A stretch of DNA of 64,000 nucleotides from an uncultured Candidatus Rokubacteria bacterium (lineage in GTDB: Bacteria > Methylomirabilota > Methylomirabilia > Rokubacteriales > CSP1-6), in the NCBI GenBank assembly GCA_963754315.1, contig CAVWFS010000015.1, positions 192,001-256,000 of the forward strand, written 5' to 3'. The position numbers and the translations under genes are program-made. The notes beneath the pieces are model-generated. The model was not told the DNA's origin. It saw only the letters and a list, made by a program, of their open reading frames with translations, and did not search any database. Positions 51,666 through 61,640 of the stretch are shown here, piece after piece. How positions within the stretch are numbered: position 1 is the first letter of the stretch; each line of letters starts with the position of its first letter.

Positions 51666-53102
51666 ATGACAGCACACGGCAACCTGGTGGCGGGAGAGTG
51701 GGTGTCGAGCGCCGACACCAACCGGAACCTGAATCCCTCGAATCTCGACGATGTCGTCGGTGAGTACGCCCGCGCCGACGCCAGCCAGGCGACCCGAGCC
51801 ATCGCCGCGGCGGTGGCGGCCGCGCCGGCGTGGGCGCGAGGCAACCTTCAGGAGCGAGCCGATGCTCTCGATCGGATCGGCAACGCCATCCTCGAGCGGC
51901 GCAAAGAGCTGGGTACGCTGCTCTCGCGCGAAGAGGGCAAGACTCTGCCCGAGGGCATCGGCGAGGCGGCCCGCGCCGGCTACATCTTCAAGTTCTTCGC
52001 GGGCGAGGTCGTGCGCTTGACCGGCGAGCAGGTGCCCTCGGTCAGGCCCGGCGTCAGCGTGGAAATCACCCGCGAGCCCCTTGGCGTGGTGGGCATCATC
52101 ACGCCCTGGAACTTCCCGCTGGCCATTCCGGCCTGGAAGATCGCGCCAGCGCTCGCCTATGGTAACTGCGTGGTTTTCAAGCCGGCCGATCTCGTTCCAG
52201 GGTGCGCCTGGGCGCTGGCCGACATCATCGGCCAGGCCGGACTTCCTCCCGGGGTGTTCAACCTGGTGATGGGGCGGGGGGCGATCGTGGGTGAGACGAT
52301 CCTCGCCTCACCTGACGTGTCCGGCGTCAGCTTCACGGGCTCGGTGGAGACGGGCCGGGCGGTGGCCCAGAAAGTCGTGGCGCGCATGGGCAAGATCCAG
52401 CTCGAGATGGGCGGCAAGAATCCGCTCGTGATCCTCGACGACGCAGACCTCGGCGTGGCCGTCAACTGCGCCACCCAGGGTGCCTACTTCTCGACGGGTC
52501 AGCGCTGTACGGCGTCGAGCCGCTTCGTCGTGACCCAGGGCATTCACGATCGGTTCGTGGCCGCCATGCTGGAGCGACTCAAGAGCCTGAAGGTGGACGA
52601 TGCCTTGCGTGAGGGCACGGACATCGGCCCCGTCGTGGACCAGAGTCAGCTCGACCAGGACCTCCGCTACCTGGAGGTTGGTCAGAAGGAGGGCGCCCGC
52701 CTGGCATGGGGCGGCGAGCCGCTCAAGCGCGACACGCGAGGCTTCTATCTCTCGCCCGCGCTCTTCACGGAGTCGACCAACGCCATGCGCATCAACCGCG
52801 AGGAGATCTTCGGGCCGGTGGCCAGCGTGATCCGTGTGCGCGACTACGACGAGGCCCTGGCGGTGGCCAACGACACGCCCTTCGGTCTCTCGTCAGGCGT
52901 GGTCACCACATCGCTGAAGCACGCCACGCACTTCAAGCGAAACTCTCAGGCTGGCATGGTCATGGTCAACCTGCCGACCGCCGGCGTGGACTACCATGTC
53001 CCCTTCGGCGGGAGGAAGGCGTCGTCCTACGGACCCCGCGAGCAGGGACGCTACGCCGCCGAGTTCTACACAACCGTGAAGACGGCCTACACAGCGGCGT
53101 GA
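51666..53102 (+). CDS. Aldehyde dehydrogenase (alpha-ketoglutaric semialdehyde dehydrogenase-like)
   Basis: ITPWNFP, FTGS, LEMGGKNP, GQRCTA, EEIFGP. Confidence 0.95.
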   Translation: MTAHGNLVAGEWVSSADTNRNLNPSNLDDVVGEYARADASQATRAIAAAVAAAPAWARGNLQERADALDRIGNAILERRKELGTLLSREEGKTLPEGIGEAARAGYIFKFFAGEVVRLTGEQVPSVRPGVSVEITREPLGVVGIITPWNFPLAIPAWKIAPALAYGNCVVFKPADLVPGCAWALADIIGQAGLPPGVFNLVMGRGAIVGETILASPDVSGVSFTGSVETGRAVAQKVVARMGKIQLEMGGKNPLVILDDADLGVAVNCATQGAYFSTGQRCTASSRFVVTQGIHDRFVAAMLERLKSLKVDDALREGTDIGPVVDQSQLDQDLRYLEVGQKEGARLAWGGEPLKRDTRGFYLSPALFTESTNAMRINREEIFGPVASVIRVRDYDEALAVANDTPFGLSSGVVTTSLKHATHFKRNSQAGMVMVNLPTAGVDYHVPFGGRKASSYGPREQGRYAAEFYTTVKTAYTAA

Positions 53103-53204
53103 GCCGCAGCGCGCCGGCCTGACGACGAATCTCGTGAGCCGTGACGGTACGCTTCTCGCTCCGAGGGCGCTGAGGCGCCTTCCCGATCACCATTTCCCTG
53201 CTCG

Positions 53205-54104
53205 TCAGGCGCCACGCACTTCGGTCCCCGCCCACGACTCGAAAAGCTTCACGATGGACGCGAAGTCGCTTTTCCCGTCGCCGAGCGCGCTGCTCGCGTT
53301 GTACAGCTGATGGAGGAGGCTCGTGGCCGGAACGGGGACATCGTGGCTCCGGGCCATGTCGACGGCCAACCCTAGGTCTTTCCGAGCAAGGTCCACGGTG
53401 AAGCCGGGCTCGAAGTTCCGGGCCAGGATGTTGGGGAGCCGCTTCTCGAAGTGATAGGACCGGCCGGCGCTCGTCCGGAGGATCTCGAAGAGCGTCGTGG
53501 CGTCCATCCCCGCCTTGACCCCCAGCACGAACGCCTCGGCCGCGATCAACATGTTGCCCATCGACATGACGTTGTTGACGAGCTTGACGATATTCCCCGC
53601 CCCCGACGGCCCGGCGTAGTGCACGGTCGTGCCGAGTACTCCTAGCACCGCCTTCGCCCCCTCAAAGGCGGTGCGTTCACCCCCAACGATGATGACGAGC
53701 GTGCCGGTCTCTGCCTCTCGATAGCCACCGCTCACGGGGCCGTCGAGATAGTGGACGTCTCGGGCGCGGGCGGCAGCGTGGACCACGCGGGTGGTCTCCG
53801 GGTCTACCGTGCTCGTGTCGATGAGGATCGTGCCCGGGCGCGCCCCCGCGAGCACGCCCCCCGCGCCGAGGTAAACCTCCCTCACCGTCGCGGGCCAGGG
53901 AAGGCTCGAGAAGATGAGTTCGCTCTTCTGGGCAACCGCGCCCGGCGCGGTGGCTGCGGTGGCTCCAGCGGCGGTCAGCGCGTCGATCTTCTCCTTGTCG
54001 ACATCGAACACGTCCAGCGCATATCCCGCGCGGGCCAGGGTCTTCGCCATGCGGCTGCCCATGACGCCCAGGCCGATGAAGCCGATGTGCGGCTTGTCAT
54101 GCAT
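53205..54104 (-). CDS. NAD(P)-dependent beta-hydroxyacid dehydrogenase (3-hydroxyisobutyrate dehydrogenase family)
   Basis: FIGLGVMG, DGPVSGG, KLVNN, KDLGLA. Confidence 0.92.
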   Translation of the reverse strand: MHDKPHIGFIGLGVMGSRMAKTLARAGYALDVFDVDKEKIDALTAAGATAATAPGAVAQKSELIFSSLPWPATVREVYLGAGGVLAGARPGTILIDTSTVDPETTRVVHAAARARDVHYLDGPVSGGYREAETGTLVIIVGGERTAFEGAKAVLGVLGTTVHYAGPSGAGNIVKLVNNVMSMGNMLIAAEAFVLGVKAGMDATTLFEILRTSAGRSYHFEKRLPNILARNFEPGFTVDLARKDLGLAVDMARSHDVPVPATSLLHQLYNASSALGDGKSDFASIVKLFESWAGTEVRGA

Positions 54105-54137
54105 GGTCCCGTAGCCTCCCTCGGCGCCCCGGGCGGC

Positions 54138-55526
54138 TCATCCGAGCAGCGGCGTCATCTCGGCCGCATCCTTCACGTCCTCCAAGTGCGTCACCATTTC
54201 CACGAAGCGCTCGAGCGCGTCAGCCGGCAGCGGCCGTGCCGCCAAGTCGGCCGCCGCCATGAAGCGTTCGACACACTCCTCGAACGTGAACGGATTGCGA
54301 GGATCGCCCTTCACGAACTCCTCGCACGCCGAGAGGACACGTCCGTCGGTCGTCTCGATCGTCACCTCCATCGGCGGGTATAGCATCGGAAGCGCGTCCT
54401 TGGCCGGATCGATGCGGGTCAGGACCCGGCCGGCCAGCTCTCTCAGCGCGGGGTCGCGGATCGAGTCCTCGGTGAACTCTGCCAAGGTCACGCGCCGCCG
54501 GGCGATGGCGGCCGCCACCGTGAACGGAATGCTGAATTTCGCCGCGTTCGCGGTCTCCGGGGCGGTCTTCGGCGCTCCCGTCGCATCGAAGCCGCACTGG
54601 GTCGCCCCCATCGTATTCGTCGCGACCGTCACCCGCTTCACCTGGGCGGCCCTCACATCGTGCCCCTCCACGAGGCGGAGGGCAGTCGCGATGGCGTGGT
54701 GCGTGTACTTGCACGTGGGATACGGCTTCAGGCTCACGCCGGTGATCTCGTTACGCTCGCCGAGCTGGCCCAGGAGCGCGGCCTCGTCGTAGTCGCCCCG
54801 GAAGTACAGCCGATAGAGCCCGAATTCCCCACAGAGCGGATGGCGCGGGCCCCGGAACCCTTCGCGCGCCATGTCGATGGCGAGCAGCCCGTTCGCGGCC
54901 GCCATCCCCGCCGGCACCCAAAGGCTCCACGCGCCTTCGACGGTGGGTTGCACATTGCCGCTACACGACGCGTAGGCCACGCCGATGGCGTCGAGCATCG
55001 TCTCGTCCGAGAGGCCGAGCAGCATCGACCCCATCGCGGCGACGCTCATCGGCGCCATCGTCTCGGCCATCCAGCCGATGGCCTTGGACTTGCCGGCCCC
55101 CATCCGGAGGCGGCACAGCATGTCGACGCCGAGCGCGATGCCGAGCACCAGCCTCTGCCCGCTCACCGGCGTCTCGGCGCTCTCGGCGAGGGCGAGCGCA
55201 GCGGGAACGATGCACACGCCGACGTGCCCACCCCCACCTTCGTGGGTGCCGTCGAGCTCCAGGCATCGAGCCATGACGCCGTTGCCAAGGGCGGCCATCG
55301 GTGGGGCGATCTTGCCGCCGTGGACGACGAGCGTGCTGCCAGGGGAGCCGCCGCCGTGCCGGCGGGCCACCCGCGCGATCCCGCGGCCGGCCTCGCTCGC
55401 GCTCCCGGCGAGCGCCGCGGCCATAGTGTCGAGGATGGTGATCTTCACGGTCGCGATGACTTCGGGGGACAAGCCCTCGTATCGGGCCGCCCTGAAGTGC
55501 GCGACAAACTTCTGCATCGGATCCAT
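54138..55526 (-). CDS. MmgE/PrpD family protein
   Basis: LELDGTH...GH, KPYPTCKYTH, AKFSIPF, KGDPRNP. Confidence 0.9.
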   Translation of the reverse strand: MDPMQKFVAHFRAARYEGLSPEVIATVKITILDTMAAALAGSASEAGRGIARVARRHGGGSPGSTLVVHGGKIAPPMAALGNGVMARCLELDGTHEGGGGHVGVCIVPAALALAESAETPVSGQRLVLGIALGVDMLCRLRMGAGKSKAIGWMAETMAPMSVAAMGSMLLGLSDETMLDAIGVAYASCSGNVQPTVEGAWSLWVPAGMAAANGLLAIDMAREGFRGPRHPLCGEFGLYRLYFRGDYDEAALLGQLGERNEITGVSLKPYPTCKYTHHAIATALRLVEGHDVRAAQVKRVTVATNTMGATQCGFDATGAPKTAPETANAAKFSIPFTVAAAIARRRVTLAEFTEDSIRDPALRELAGRVLTRIDPAKDALPMLYPPMEVTIETTDGRVLSACEEFVKGDPRNPFTFEECVERFMAAADLAARPLPADALERFVEMVTHLEDVKDAAEMTPLLG

Positions 55527-55611
55527 GACCGCTCCTGTCCGTTGCTGCGCGATGTCCCGGCCTGGGTGGGCGGCGTGTGCAGTCACCGTCGTCGCGAGCT
55601 TACCAAATCGC

Positions 55612-58566
55612 CTAGGCGCGGTCGGCCAGCTCCTGCAACAGCACCCTGGCGCCCTGCAAGTCCAGCGTTTCGCGCCCGTCGCTGAACGAGGTGTAGACCT
55701 CACCCAGGAGGCTGCGGGCTTCCATCTGCCGGCCCTGGCGCTGCCACAAGCGCCCCAGGCTCACCGCCGCCCGGAGCTCAAGCGATCTCGCCTGCTGGCC
55801 GCGAGCAACCTCGAGGGCCTGGCGAAAGGCCTCCTCTGCCGCGACCAGTTGTTCCGGATGGCACGTCAGGAGCAGCTCTCCCTGCAGTCGGTGCAGCTCG
55901 GCCTCATGGTTCCGCTCACCGGTCTGCCGCGCCGTGACCATTGCCTCCGACAGGAGGCGTTGCGCCTCGTCCGCTTGTCCTCCTTGCCCATAGGTTTCGG
56001 CGAGCAACGCTAGATAGTATGGCCGCAACAGCCTGGCGCCGGTCGCTTCCCAGCCCTCGAGCCCCTTGCGCATCTGGGCGATGCCCTCGCTTCGATGCCC
56101 CTGCTTGGCCAGCGCCCAGCCATGGAGCAAGGGCCCCTGCGCCTGTTGCTGGGCAAAGCCCTGCGCGGTGGCGATCGCCATGGCCGCCTGCGCCCGCTCC
56201 TGCGTAGCTCCGGCGTCCTGGCAGAACTGATGGAGCTGCGCTCCCCAGTAGAGGGCCTGGGTCAGACTGAAGGGATGGGCGAGCTCCTGAGCCCGTGCAA
56301 TGGCCTCCTGGCTCCGTTGCCGTGCTTGTTCCGGGTAGCCCAGAAGCCACAGGGCCCAGGCCAGATGGGCCAAGCATGCCACGCTGTGGTCCGTGGCGGC
56401 ATCCTGGACAACGTCCGCGGATGGCCCCGGTGTGCGGGCGAGGGCGAGGCCGTGCTCCAGATGGGTACGCGCCAGAGCCAGCTCGCCGAGATGGTACAGG
56501 ATGGCCCCCAGAGCGTCATGGGCGCCCAGCAGGAGGACAGGATCGTGCTCCTGCTGGGCGAGGCGGAGACGCTCTTCGGCCAGCTCCCGCACGCGCCCGA
56601 GTTCAGCTCGATTGAGATACAGCATGCTCATGCCCCGCAGCACCCGGAAGAGTTGAGGTGTCGCGTGGAGCCGCCGGCACAACTCGCGCGCCCGCACGTA
56701 GACGTGTTCCACGTCGGGCGCCGCATGTCCCCTGGTGGCGATCAACGCTGGCCCCAGGGTCGTCAGGAGAGCGAGTTCGGCTCGCTCGCGGTCGGGGGTC
56801 TCCGGCAGCGAGGCGAGGATGGTCAGCGCGGTCGTCAGGTGCTCGACGGCTTCCTTGTAGGCGCACCGCTGCAGCGCATTGTCCGCGGCGTGCTGTCGGT
56901 ACCGCACCGCCCGGAGATGGTCCCGCCCCCGCTCGAAATGGCCGGCCAGCTCGGCGGCACGCTCCCTGGCCGCCGGGCCATAGCCCTCCTCGAGCTGGCG
57001 ACCGATCCGCCGATGCAACTCGATGCGGCTTCCTTCAGGTATCCGCTCGTAAACCACCTGTTGATGCAGAACGTGGCGGAACCGGTAGCGATCGGCCACC
57101 GTCCCGTCCGGCCATGCCTCCACCCCGCTCCTCAAGAGGAATCGCTCCTGCCGCGCCAGGGCCGCACAGCGCCCCTCCGCCGTCGCCACGCCGGTGGCCA
57201 GGCCCGCCGCCACCGCCGCCGCCGAGGACTCGATGCCCGCCACGCTCGCTGCTTCGAGCACGCGCTGGTCGTCCTCGGGGAGTGCCTGGAGCTGCTGCTC
57301 GATCATCTGCCGCAGGCTGTCCGGCAGCCCCCGTTCGACCTCCGCCATCGCGACCTGCGCTGGCCATGGCCCGTCGACGGCCGCTCGCCATCCGCGCTGC
57401 ACCAGATGGTCCACCAGCATGACCATGAACAGCGGATGACCATCGGTGCGCTCGTGAATCGCTGACGCCAGCTCCCGGAGAGGTGCACCCTGGGTCGCTT
57501 CGTGGGAGAGCCGCGCTGACAGATACTGGGTGACATCCCCAGCGGTGAGCGACGGCATCACCAGCTCCACGCAGCACCGCTGCCTCGCCAGCTCGCCCTT
57601 GACCGCCCCCAGGGGATGCCCGCCCAGGAACAGGTCCGCGGCGCGAAACGTGCCGATGAGCAGCAGCCTTGCCGGCTCACGGCGGCGGGCGAGCCAGGCG
57701 AGCAGATCCACCGTGGCTCCGTCGGCCCAGTGCAGATCTTCGAGGACGAGGAGCAGGGGGCGCTCGCGGCTCAGGGCCTCCACGGCCTCCGCCAGCTCCC
57801 GCAGCATGCGTTCCCGGGTGGAGCCCAGCACGCTGCGCCCGAGCGCGGCCTGCTCGTCGGCGCTCAGGAACCAGGGCATCTGCGCCAGCCAGGTCGGAGC
57901 GTACAGGTGCAGGATTGCCTTGACGCGAGCGCCCTCCGGACCTCGGCACAGCCGAGCCAGGGCGTCCAGGACCGACAGGTAGGGCTCGCCCACGCCGTAG
58001 TGTTCGATGCATTGCCCCCGGCCAGTCCACACCTCTCCCCGAGCCGCGGCCTCCGCCACGAAGACGTCCACCAGGGTCGTCTTGCCTATGCCGGGCTCCC
58101 CGGTCACGAGCGCCACCCATCGCTCTCCCCGCTGGGCTTCCTCCCACCAACCGTGGAGGCGAGCCAGCTCCATCTCCCGGCCCACCATAGGCTCTCGGGG
58201 CGGCAGGGGATGCTCGGCGGGGGGTGCAGCACTCGCCGAGGGCGCCGGTGGGCCGATGGTGCCAACGAAGCGATACCCCCGCCGCGGTACCGTCTCGATG
58301 TATCGCGGGCTGTGCGCCTGGTCGCCGAGCACCTTGCGCAGTTCGCTCAGGCACACCGTGAGCACCGACTCGCTGACGACGATCCCCGGCCAGACCGCCT
58401 CCAGGAGTTCGTCCTTGGTGATGAGCCGCCTGGGATGCTCCGCCAGATACCGGAGCACGGCAAAGCTCTTCGGCCGGAGCCGGATCGCCCGGCCCTCCTG
58501 CCGGAGTTGCTCGCTCTCCGGATCGATCTGGAACGGCCCGAAACTGAGGGCGTCTCGTTGGTGCAT
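55612..58566 (-). CDS. OmpR/PhoB-type wHTH + AAA ATPase + TPR transcriptional regulator
   Basis: LRPKSFAVL...ELRKVLGD...IETVPRRGYRF; GEPGIGKT; LVLEDLHW; SLELRAA C-terminus. Confidence 0.92.
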   Translation of the reverse strand: MHQRDALSFGPFQIDPESEQLRQEGRAIRLRPKSFAVLRYLAEHPRRLITKDELLEAVWPGIVVSESVLTVCLSELRKVLGDQAHSPRYIETVPRRGYRFVGTIGPPAPSASAAPPAEHPLPPREPMVGREMELARLHGWWEEAQRGERWVALVTGEPGIGKTTLVDVFVAEAAARGEVWTGRGQCIEHYGVGEPYLSVLDALARLCRGPEGARVKAILHLYAPTWLAQMPWFLSADEQAALGRSVLGSTRERMLRELAEAVEALSRERPLLLVLEDLHWADGATVDLLAWLARRREPARLLLIGTFRAADLFLGGHPLGAVKGELARQRCCVELVMPSLTAGDVTQYLSARLSHEATQGAPLRELASAIHERTDGHPLFMVMLVDHLVQRGWRAAVDGPWPAQVAMAEVERGLPDSLRQMIEQQLQALPEDDQRVLEAASVAGIESSAAAVAAGLATGVATAEGRCAALARQERFLLRSGVEAWPDGTVADRYRFRHVLHQQVVYERIPEGSRIELHRRIGRQLEEGYGPAARERAAELAGHFERGRDHLRAVRYRQHAADNALQRCAYKEAVEHLTTALTILASLPETPDRERAELALLTTLGPALIATRGHAAPDVEHVYVRARELCRRLHATPQLFRVLRGMSMLYLNRAELGRVRELAEERLRLAQQEHDPVLLLGAHDALGAILYHLGELALARTHLEHGLALARTPGPSADVVQDAATDHSVACLAHLAWALWLLGYPEQARQRSQEAIARAQELAHPFSLTQALYWGAQLHQFCQDAGATQERAQAAMAIATAQGFAQQQAQGPLLHGWALAKQGHRSEGIAQMRKGLEGWEATGARLLRPYYLALLAETYGQGGQADEAQRLLSEAMVTARQTGERNHEAELHRLQGELLLTCHPEQLVAAEEAFRQALEVARGQQARSLELRAAVSLGRLWQRQGRQMEARSLLGEVYTSFSDGRETLDLQGARVLLQELADRA

Positions 58567-58585
58567 CGGGCGGGCCCTCCGGCCC

Positions 58586-58640
58586 TTGAAGGGAAATTGT
58601 AGGGTTTTGTAAAGACTCCTGCCCACCCCCTGCCTATAGT
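58586..58640 (+). promoter_or_regulatory. Three direct repeats plus a -10 box: putative wHTH-activated promoter
   Basis: TTGAAGGG (58586), TTGTAGGG (58597), TTGTAAAG (58607); TATAGT at 58635. Confidence 0.55.
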
Positions 58641-58702
58641 CCGCCCGAGGGGTCAAGTTTCCAAAGAGCTAAAGCCCTGTCGTTGAAAGGCGAGGATCAT
58701 CC

Positions 58703-60256
58703 ATGAAGAGAGAGACAGCTCCGATACTCTTCTTGATCGCGCTGCTCGTTGGGCTAAGCGTCACCGCGCCAACCGCAATGGCAAGTGGTCAGGGCGATGG
58801 TTCGGATCAGACTGTCCACGCGCAGGAAGACGACAATGAGGCTGCCGCCACGGTCACCTTCGCGCGCAGAGGGACCATCTACGTTGGCCCGTCGGCATCG
58901 GGCGAGGCGCTGCGCATCCTCGCCAGAGCCTACGCACTGCCGCGCCTGAGGTCCGCGTGCCTGACCTGCTTTGGTGTGGGCATAATCATTGGCCCCGCCG
59001 ACCTCAGGATGCCGTGGGTCGTCGAGCGATTGAAAGTCGCGTACGAAGCGGGTCACGCAATCGGCCTGACCAACGCCACGGCTGCTCGCCTCGAGCGTCT
59101 CCGCGATTTGCTCGGACATCGCGGGTCGGCTGAGGCGTTTCACGGCGGCAAGCCGATCCACTTGGCTGCGGTTCGCAAGGCCCTCCGGGCCGATGGTCAG
59201 CTCAACTTCAGCTCTCACCTCTTGCTACCCCGGGAGGGCAAGATCCCCTGGCGATGGCAGCGGATCGCGGACAGAAACGACGTCAACGCATTGAGTCGGA
59301 TCTTCTCGGACACGCCGTTCCTGCCTCCGGCGCCGCCGGACGACAGCCCCCAGCAGAATCTCCTCCTACTCGCCGACTCTTACATCTCGCACGTGATCGC
59401 GACCGGATTTCAAGGGAGCCAGGTCGAGATCATCAATTCCGTGTGGGACGCGCGATCGTTTCTGAACTCGGCGGACCTCTACTACGTCCTGCAGCAAATT
59501 GGTATCAGTGGCCCGATCTCGGCGGGCGCGACGGCCATTACCGCGAGCAATTCGCTTGTGGAGCCACATGCCGCACCAACGACGCTCCAGCCGAGCCCGC
59601 CGACGACGGGGCAAACCACGACCGTGACGAGTGGTGTATCGGAAAGTCTCGGCGGCAACATCGGATACAACCAGATGCAAGGCCTCAATGCCACGGCGTC
59701 GGCGGGCCTGGAAATCTCCAACAGTACGACCATTGTCGTACCCGAGCTGGTCGTCCAGTACGAGGGCGATCTCGATACGGGGGAGACAATCTGGCAGACA
59801 TTGATTCTGGGATTCAACGGCCAGACAACGCTCACCTTCTACAACCAATGGATCTGGCAGGTGCCGTTTACCGCCTACACCACGGCGCAGCAGAATGTCA
59901 CATTCGCGTCGCAAGCGATACTCGGAATCTTGACCAATTCGGTGACGGCCAACCTCAACTCCGTGGTCCCTCTCCCGTTCGGTGACGTATTTACCCTCCA
60001 ACAGCCGGTGGTGACCGGTTTGAGCTCATCGACGGTTGAGGAGGGAACCACCTTCACGATTCAAGGCACCGGACTGTATCCTTCGCTGGTCTCGGCCGTG
60101 ATCATTGGGGGCACGGCGGTGAACTCGGCCAACATCTCCAATGTCAGCGACACCCAGATCGACGTGGTCGCGCCCTTCCTCTGCGTGGACTGCGCCGTGG
60201 TAGTTCAGACGACGCAGGGCACCTCCAATCACGACTTCACGATCACGATTTTTTAG
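58703..60256 (+). CDS. Secreted protein with a leukocidin/hemolysin-like beta-hairpin region and a C-terminal IPT/TIG domain
   Basis: Signal peptide; TVTSGVSESLGGNIGYNQMQGLNATASAGLEISNSTTIVVPE; PVVTGLSS...TFTIQGTGL...VSDTQIDVVAP. Confidence 0.65.
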   Translation: MKRETAPILFLIALLVGLSVTAPTAMASGQGDGSDQTVHAQEDDNEAAATVTFARRGTIYVGPSASGEALRILARAYALPRLRSACLTCFGVGIIIGPADLRMPWVVERLKVAYEAGHAIGLTNATAARLERLRDLLGHRGSAEAFHGGKPIHLAAVRKALRADGQLNFSSHLLLPREGKIPWRWQRIADRNDVNALSRIFSDTPFLPPAPPDDSPQQNLLLLADSYISHVIATGFQGSQVEIINSVWDARSFLNSADLYYVLQQIGISGPISAGATAITASNSLVEPHAAPTTLQPSPPTTGQTTTVTSGVSESLGGNIGYNQMQGLNATASAGLEISNSTTIVVPELVVQYEGDLDTGETIWQTLILGFNGQTTLTFYNQWIWQVPFTAYTTAQQNVTFASQAILGILTNSVTANLNSVVPLPFGDVFTLQQPVVTGLSSSTVEEGTTFTIQGTGLYPSLVSAVIIGGTAVNSANISNVSDTQIDVVAPFLCVDCAVVVQTTQGTSNHDFTITIF

Positions 60257-60312
60257 GACGACACGAAACGGGGCGGGGCCTCCCGGGCCGCCGAGGAGGC
60301 CGCAAAGCAAGG

Positions 60313-60346
60313 CTCGGCGAGGGTGGCGCGGGCCACCCTCGCCGAG
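60313..60346. terminator. 15-bp perfect stem hairpin between convergent genes
   Basis: CTCGGCGAGGGTGGC-GCGG-GCCACCCTCGCCGAG. Confidence 0.65.
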
Positions 60347-60365
60347 GGTCATCGCTGGATTTCAG

Positions 60366-61325
60366 CTAGGGGTTCGGGTCGCACTGGGGACCGACCTCGA
60401 TGGCCAGGCCGGCGACCAGCTCGCCGGTCCCGATCTGCCCGAGGTCGATCGCGAAACCGGACGGCAGATCGATGAAGTACAGCCGGGAGAACGGGCTCCC
60501 CACCGGCTGGATCGCCGCCAGCGCCTCGTTGTTGGGGCCTATGTCGAAGGACGCCAGGTCGCCGGCGTCGACACCGAGGCGGCCCACGGTATTCAGCACG
60601 CCGGCGTTCGGTGGCACCTGGACAGCCAGCACGTCACCGTTGGCGCCCGGGTCGGTCGCGCGATTGACGTCGAGATCGTGCAGGACGGTGTTGGTGTCGG
60701 GGTCACGGTCGGGGTTCGTGTAGGCGACCGCCACCACCCGCGGCGTCCGGGTCGCATTCGGGTCGCCCATGGCCGGGTACGCCAGCATGGCGTCGGTGCC
60801 GGCCACGATCGCGTCGGCAGGACGTACCCGGATGTTCTGACCGGTGTCGCTCACGATCCGCAAGAGATCGGGGACGGGATTGAAATCGACACCGAACGCC
60901 ACACCGTTCAGCGGGATCGCGCGCGCCCCCACCGGCGTGGCGGCACCAGTGTCGACGTTGATGGTGTAGAGCTGGCCATTGGGGTCAGCGGCAATCCGTC
61001 CGACGCCGTAGAGAACCCCGGTCGCCGGCCGGAAGTCGATCCCCACCAGGACCTCGCCGTCCGCCAGCCCGCTGATGGACTTGCGGGAGCGGAGGAGCTG
61101 CCGGGGGGTCTGCGCAGGGCGCTCGCTGAGGCTCTCGTAGTAGTCCGCCCAGCGACCGAGGAGGAGCAACTCGTTCTGTGTGTTGACGAGGTGCACGCGT
61201 CCACAGGTGAGCGCAGCGGCAGCCGCCGGCGCCGGCAACAACATGGGTGCCAGGCCGATCAGCGCAGTGAAGAGAGAGGTGACAGGGAGACGACGTCCAG
61301 CGCCTCCGGACCCGAAGAGACTCAT
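60366..61325 (-). CDS. Secreted DUF4394-domain protein
   Basis: Signal peptide; LVGIDFRPATGVLYG, GVDFNPVPDLLRIVS, AVAYTN. Confidence 0.85.
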   Translation of the reverse strand: MSLFGSGGAGRRLPVTSLFTALIGLAPMLLPAPAAAAALTCGRVHLVNTQNELLLLGRWADYYESLSERPAQTPRQLLRSRKSISGLADGEVLVGIDFRPATGVLYGVGRIAADPNGQLYTINVDTGAATPVGARAIPLNGVAFGVDFNPVPDLLRIVSDTGQNIRVRPADAIVAGTDAMLAYPAMGDPNATRTPRVVAVAYTNPDRDPDTNTVLHDLDVNRATDPGANGDVLAVQVPPNAGVLNTVGRLGVDAGDLASFDIGPNNEALAAIQPVGSPFSRLYFIDLPSGFAIDLGQIGTGELVAGLAIEVGPQCDPNP

Positions 61326-61534
61326 AGCTTCCTCCTTGATCGAGTTTCGTTGCTCGATTTTCTTTGCGATCACCTCTCTCTACGAACCGGGCTCGCGTGC
61401 CGGATCGCACGCGGGACAAAGTAGCGATTTCGCGGAAAGATTTACACCCTCGGGGAAGAAACTGCATACCCCTTCCTGCCACGTTGGCATGGCGTGGCCA
61501 AGATGCGACTCGCCAAGGGAATGCCATGTCTCAG

Positions 61535-61550
61535 TGGCAGCTGCTTTGCT
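61535..61550 (+). promoter_or_regulatory. Putative sigma54 (-24/-12) promoter for otsB
   Basis: TGGCAG-CTGCT-TTGCT with GG-N10-GC spacing, about 90 nt upstream of the start. Confidence 0.55.
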
Positions 61551-61640
61551 GCTGTCGGTAGCAGGATCGAAAGAGCTCCGAATTCGTTCCTCGCCGCTCA
61601 GGCACTGAGTTCGCGCCGACATCGACAGTAGGAGGGTCCA

